This document shows, in pieces, positions 63,158 to 64,000 of a DNA stretch of 64,000 bases. Source of the stretch: Dendrobates tinctorius (taxonomy: Eukaryota); the NCBI RefSeq assembly GCF_039654945.1, contig NW_027361763.1, positions 18,042,001 to 18,106,000 of the forward strand, read 5' to 3'. The position numbers were made by a program, and so were the translations under genes. The notes beneath the pieces are model-generated. The model did no database searches. It saw nothing but the letters and a program-made list of their open reading frames with translations, and was not told where the DNA came from. Each line of letters begins with the position of its first letter. The stretch's first letter is position 1.

Positions 63158-64000
63158 CCGTATATACTCGATTATAAGTCAACCCAAGTATAAGCTGAGG
63201 CACCTAATTTTGCCACAAAAAACTGGGTAAACTTATTGACTCGAGTATAAGTCAGGTATGCATTGTCCCCTCATCCCTATCCTTGTATGCATGGCTCCTT
63301 CATCCTATCCTGGTATGCATGGCTCCTTTTCCCTGTTCTTATATGCATGGCTCCTTATCCCCTATCCTTGTATGCATAGTTCCTATAAAATAAAAACATC
63401 CTACTTACCTTGCCTGCGTGCCATGCAGCATCTCGTTCAGGCGCCAGCAGCTTTTCCAGCCGAGCAATCACCTGGCCCTGTTCATTTAGGGAATGAATAT
63501 TCATTTTATGCATATGGGAGTGGGAAGGCGTGAATATTCATTACTTTAATTAGCAGGACCACGTGATCACTCGGCCGGAAGAGCTGCTGGTGCCGGAACG
63601 AACGAGATGCAAAGATGGCGCACAGGGAAGGTAAGTAGGATGTGTGCTGGTGGCTGCGGCTGTCACTGTGCGCTATTACAGAGAAATTAATATTCATTTC
63701 TCTTTAGCAGCGGCACAGGCTTTAGCCACAGCTTCCAGCTCCTGCCTCTGTAACCCGCTGCTCCACCGCTGCCCCCTCTCCGCTGGCTCCTGCCTCTGAG
63801 ACCCACGGCTCCGCCGCTCCCCTCTCCCCCGACGGCTCCTGCCTCTGTGACCCACTGCTCCTCAACTCCCATTCCCCAGACGACTCCTGCCTCTGACCTG
63901 CTGCTCCCCCTCCCCTTCCAGCTCCTGTCTCTGTGACTCGTTGCTCCGCCGCTCCCCCTCCCCCGCCGGCTCCTGCCTCTGTGACCCGCTGCTTCCCCTC
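63158..64000. mobile_element. Non-autonomous Tc2/pogo-like element (left end) with internal repeats; runs off the window
   Basis: ta|ccgtatatactcg..tataag terminus; internal repeats at 63255-63380 and 63735-64000; right TIR not in window. Confidence 0.55.

Overview
Eukaryotic (vertebrate) genomic DNA; the repeat content points to an anuran amphibian (inference). The window holds 29 consecutive, phase-consistent coding exons (14564-63135, + strand, 2706 nt, ~900 codons) of DNAAF9/C20orf194 (Shulin, outer-dynein-arm packaging factor). The first coding exon was not securely found and the gene runs past the right edge. One intron needs a GC donor. The introns are packed with mobile elements: three near-identical IR/DR Tc1 (DD34E) copies (one intact, one with the first catalytic D changed to N, one broken), two decayed copies of a second Tc1 family, three CR1 LINEs (one long copy carrying a nested L1 and a MITE), a rearranged chromodomain Gypsy element with two LTRs, several MITEs, and about 20 mini/satellite arrays. 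Best leads: (1) a 39-bp satellite in which almost every unit carries a co-oriented CTCF-like motif, with the same 24-mer inside the LTR of the Gypsy element inserted in it; (2) MITEs of different families that all carry a symmetric pair of consensus 5' splice-donor motifs; (3) minisatellites that repeatedly start or end at splice junctions; (4) a 31-bp minisatellite built from a Tc1 transposase start codon. No prokaryotic systems or CRISPR arrays. No searches were run: family calls come from recognised motifs and all functional ideas are hypotheses.
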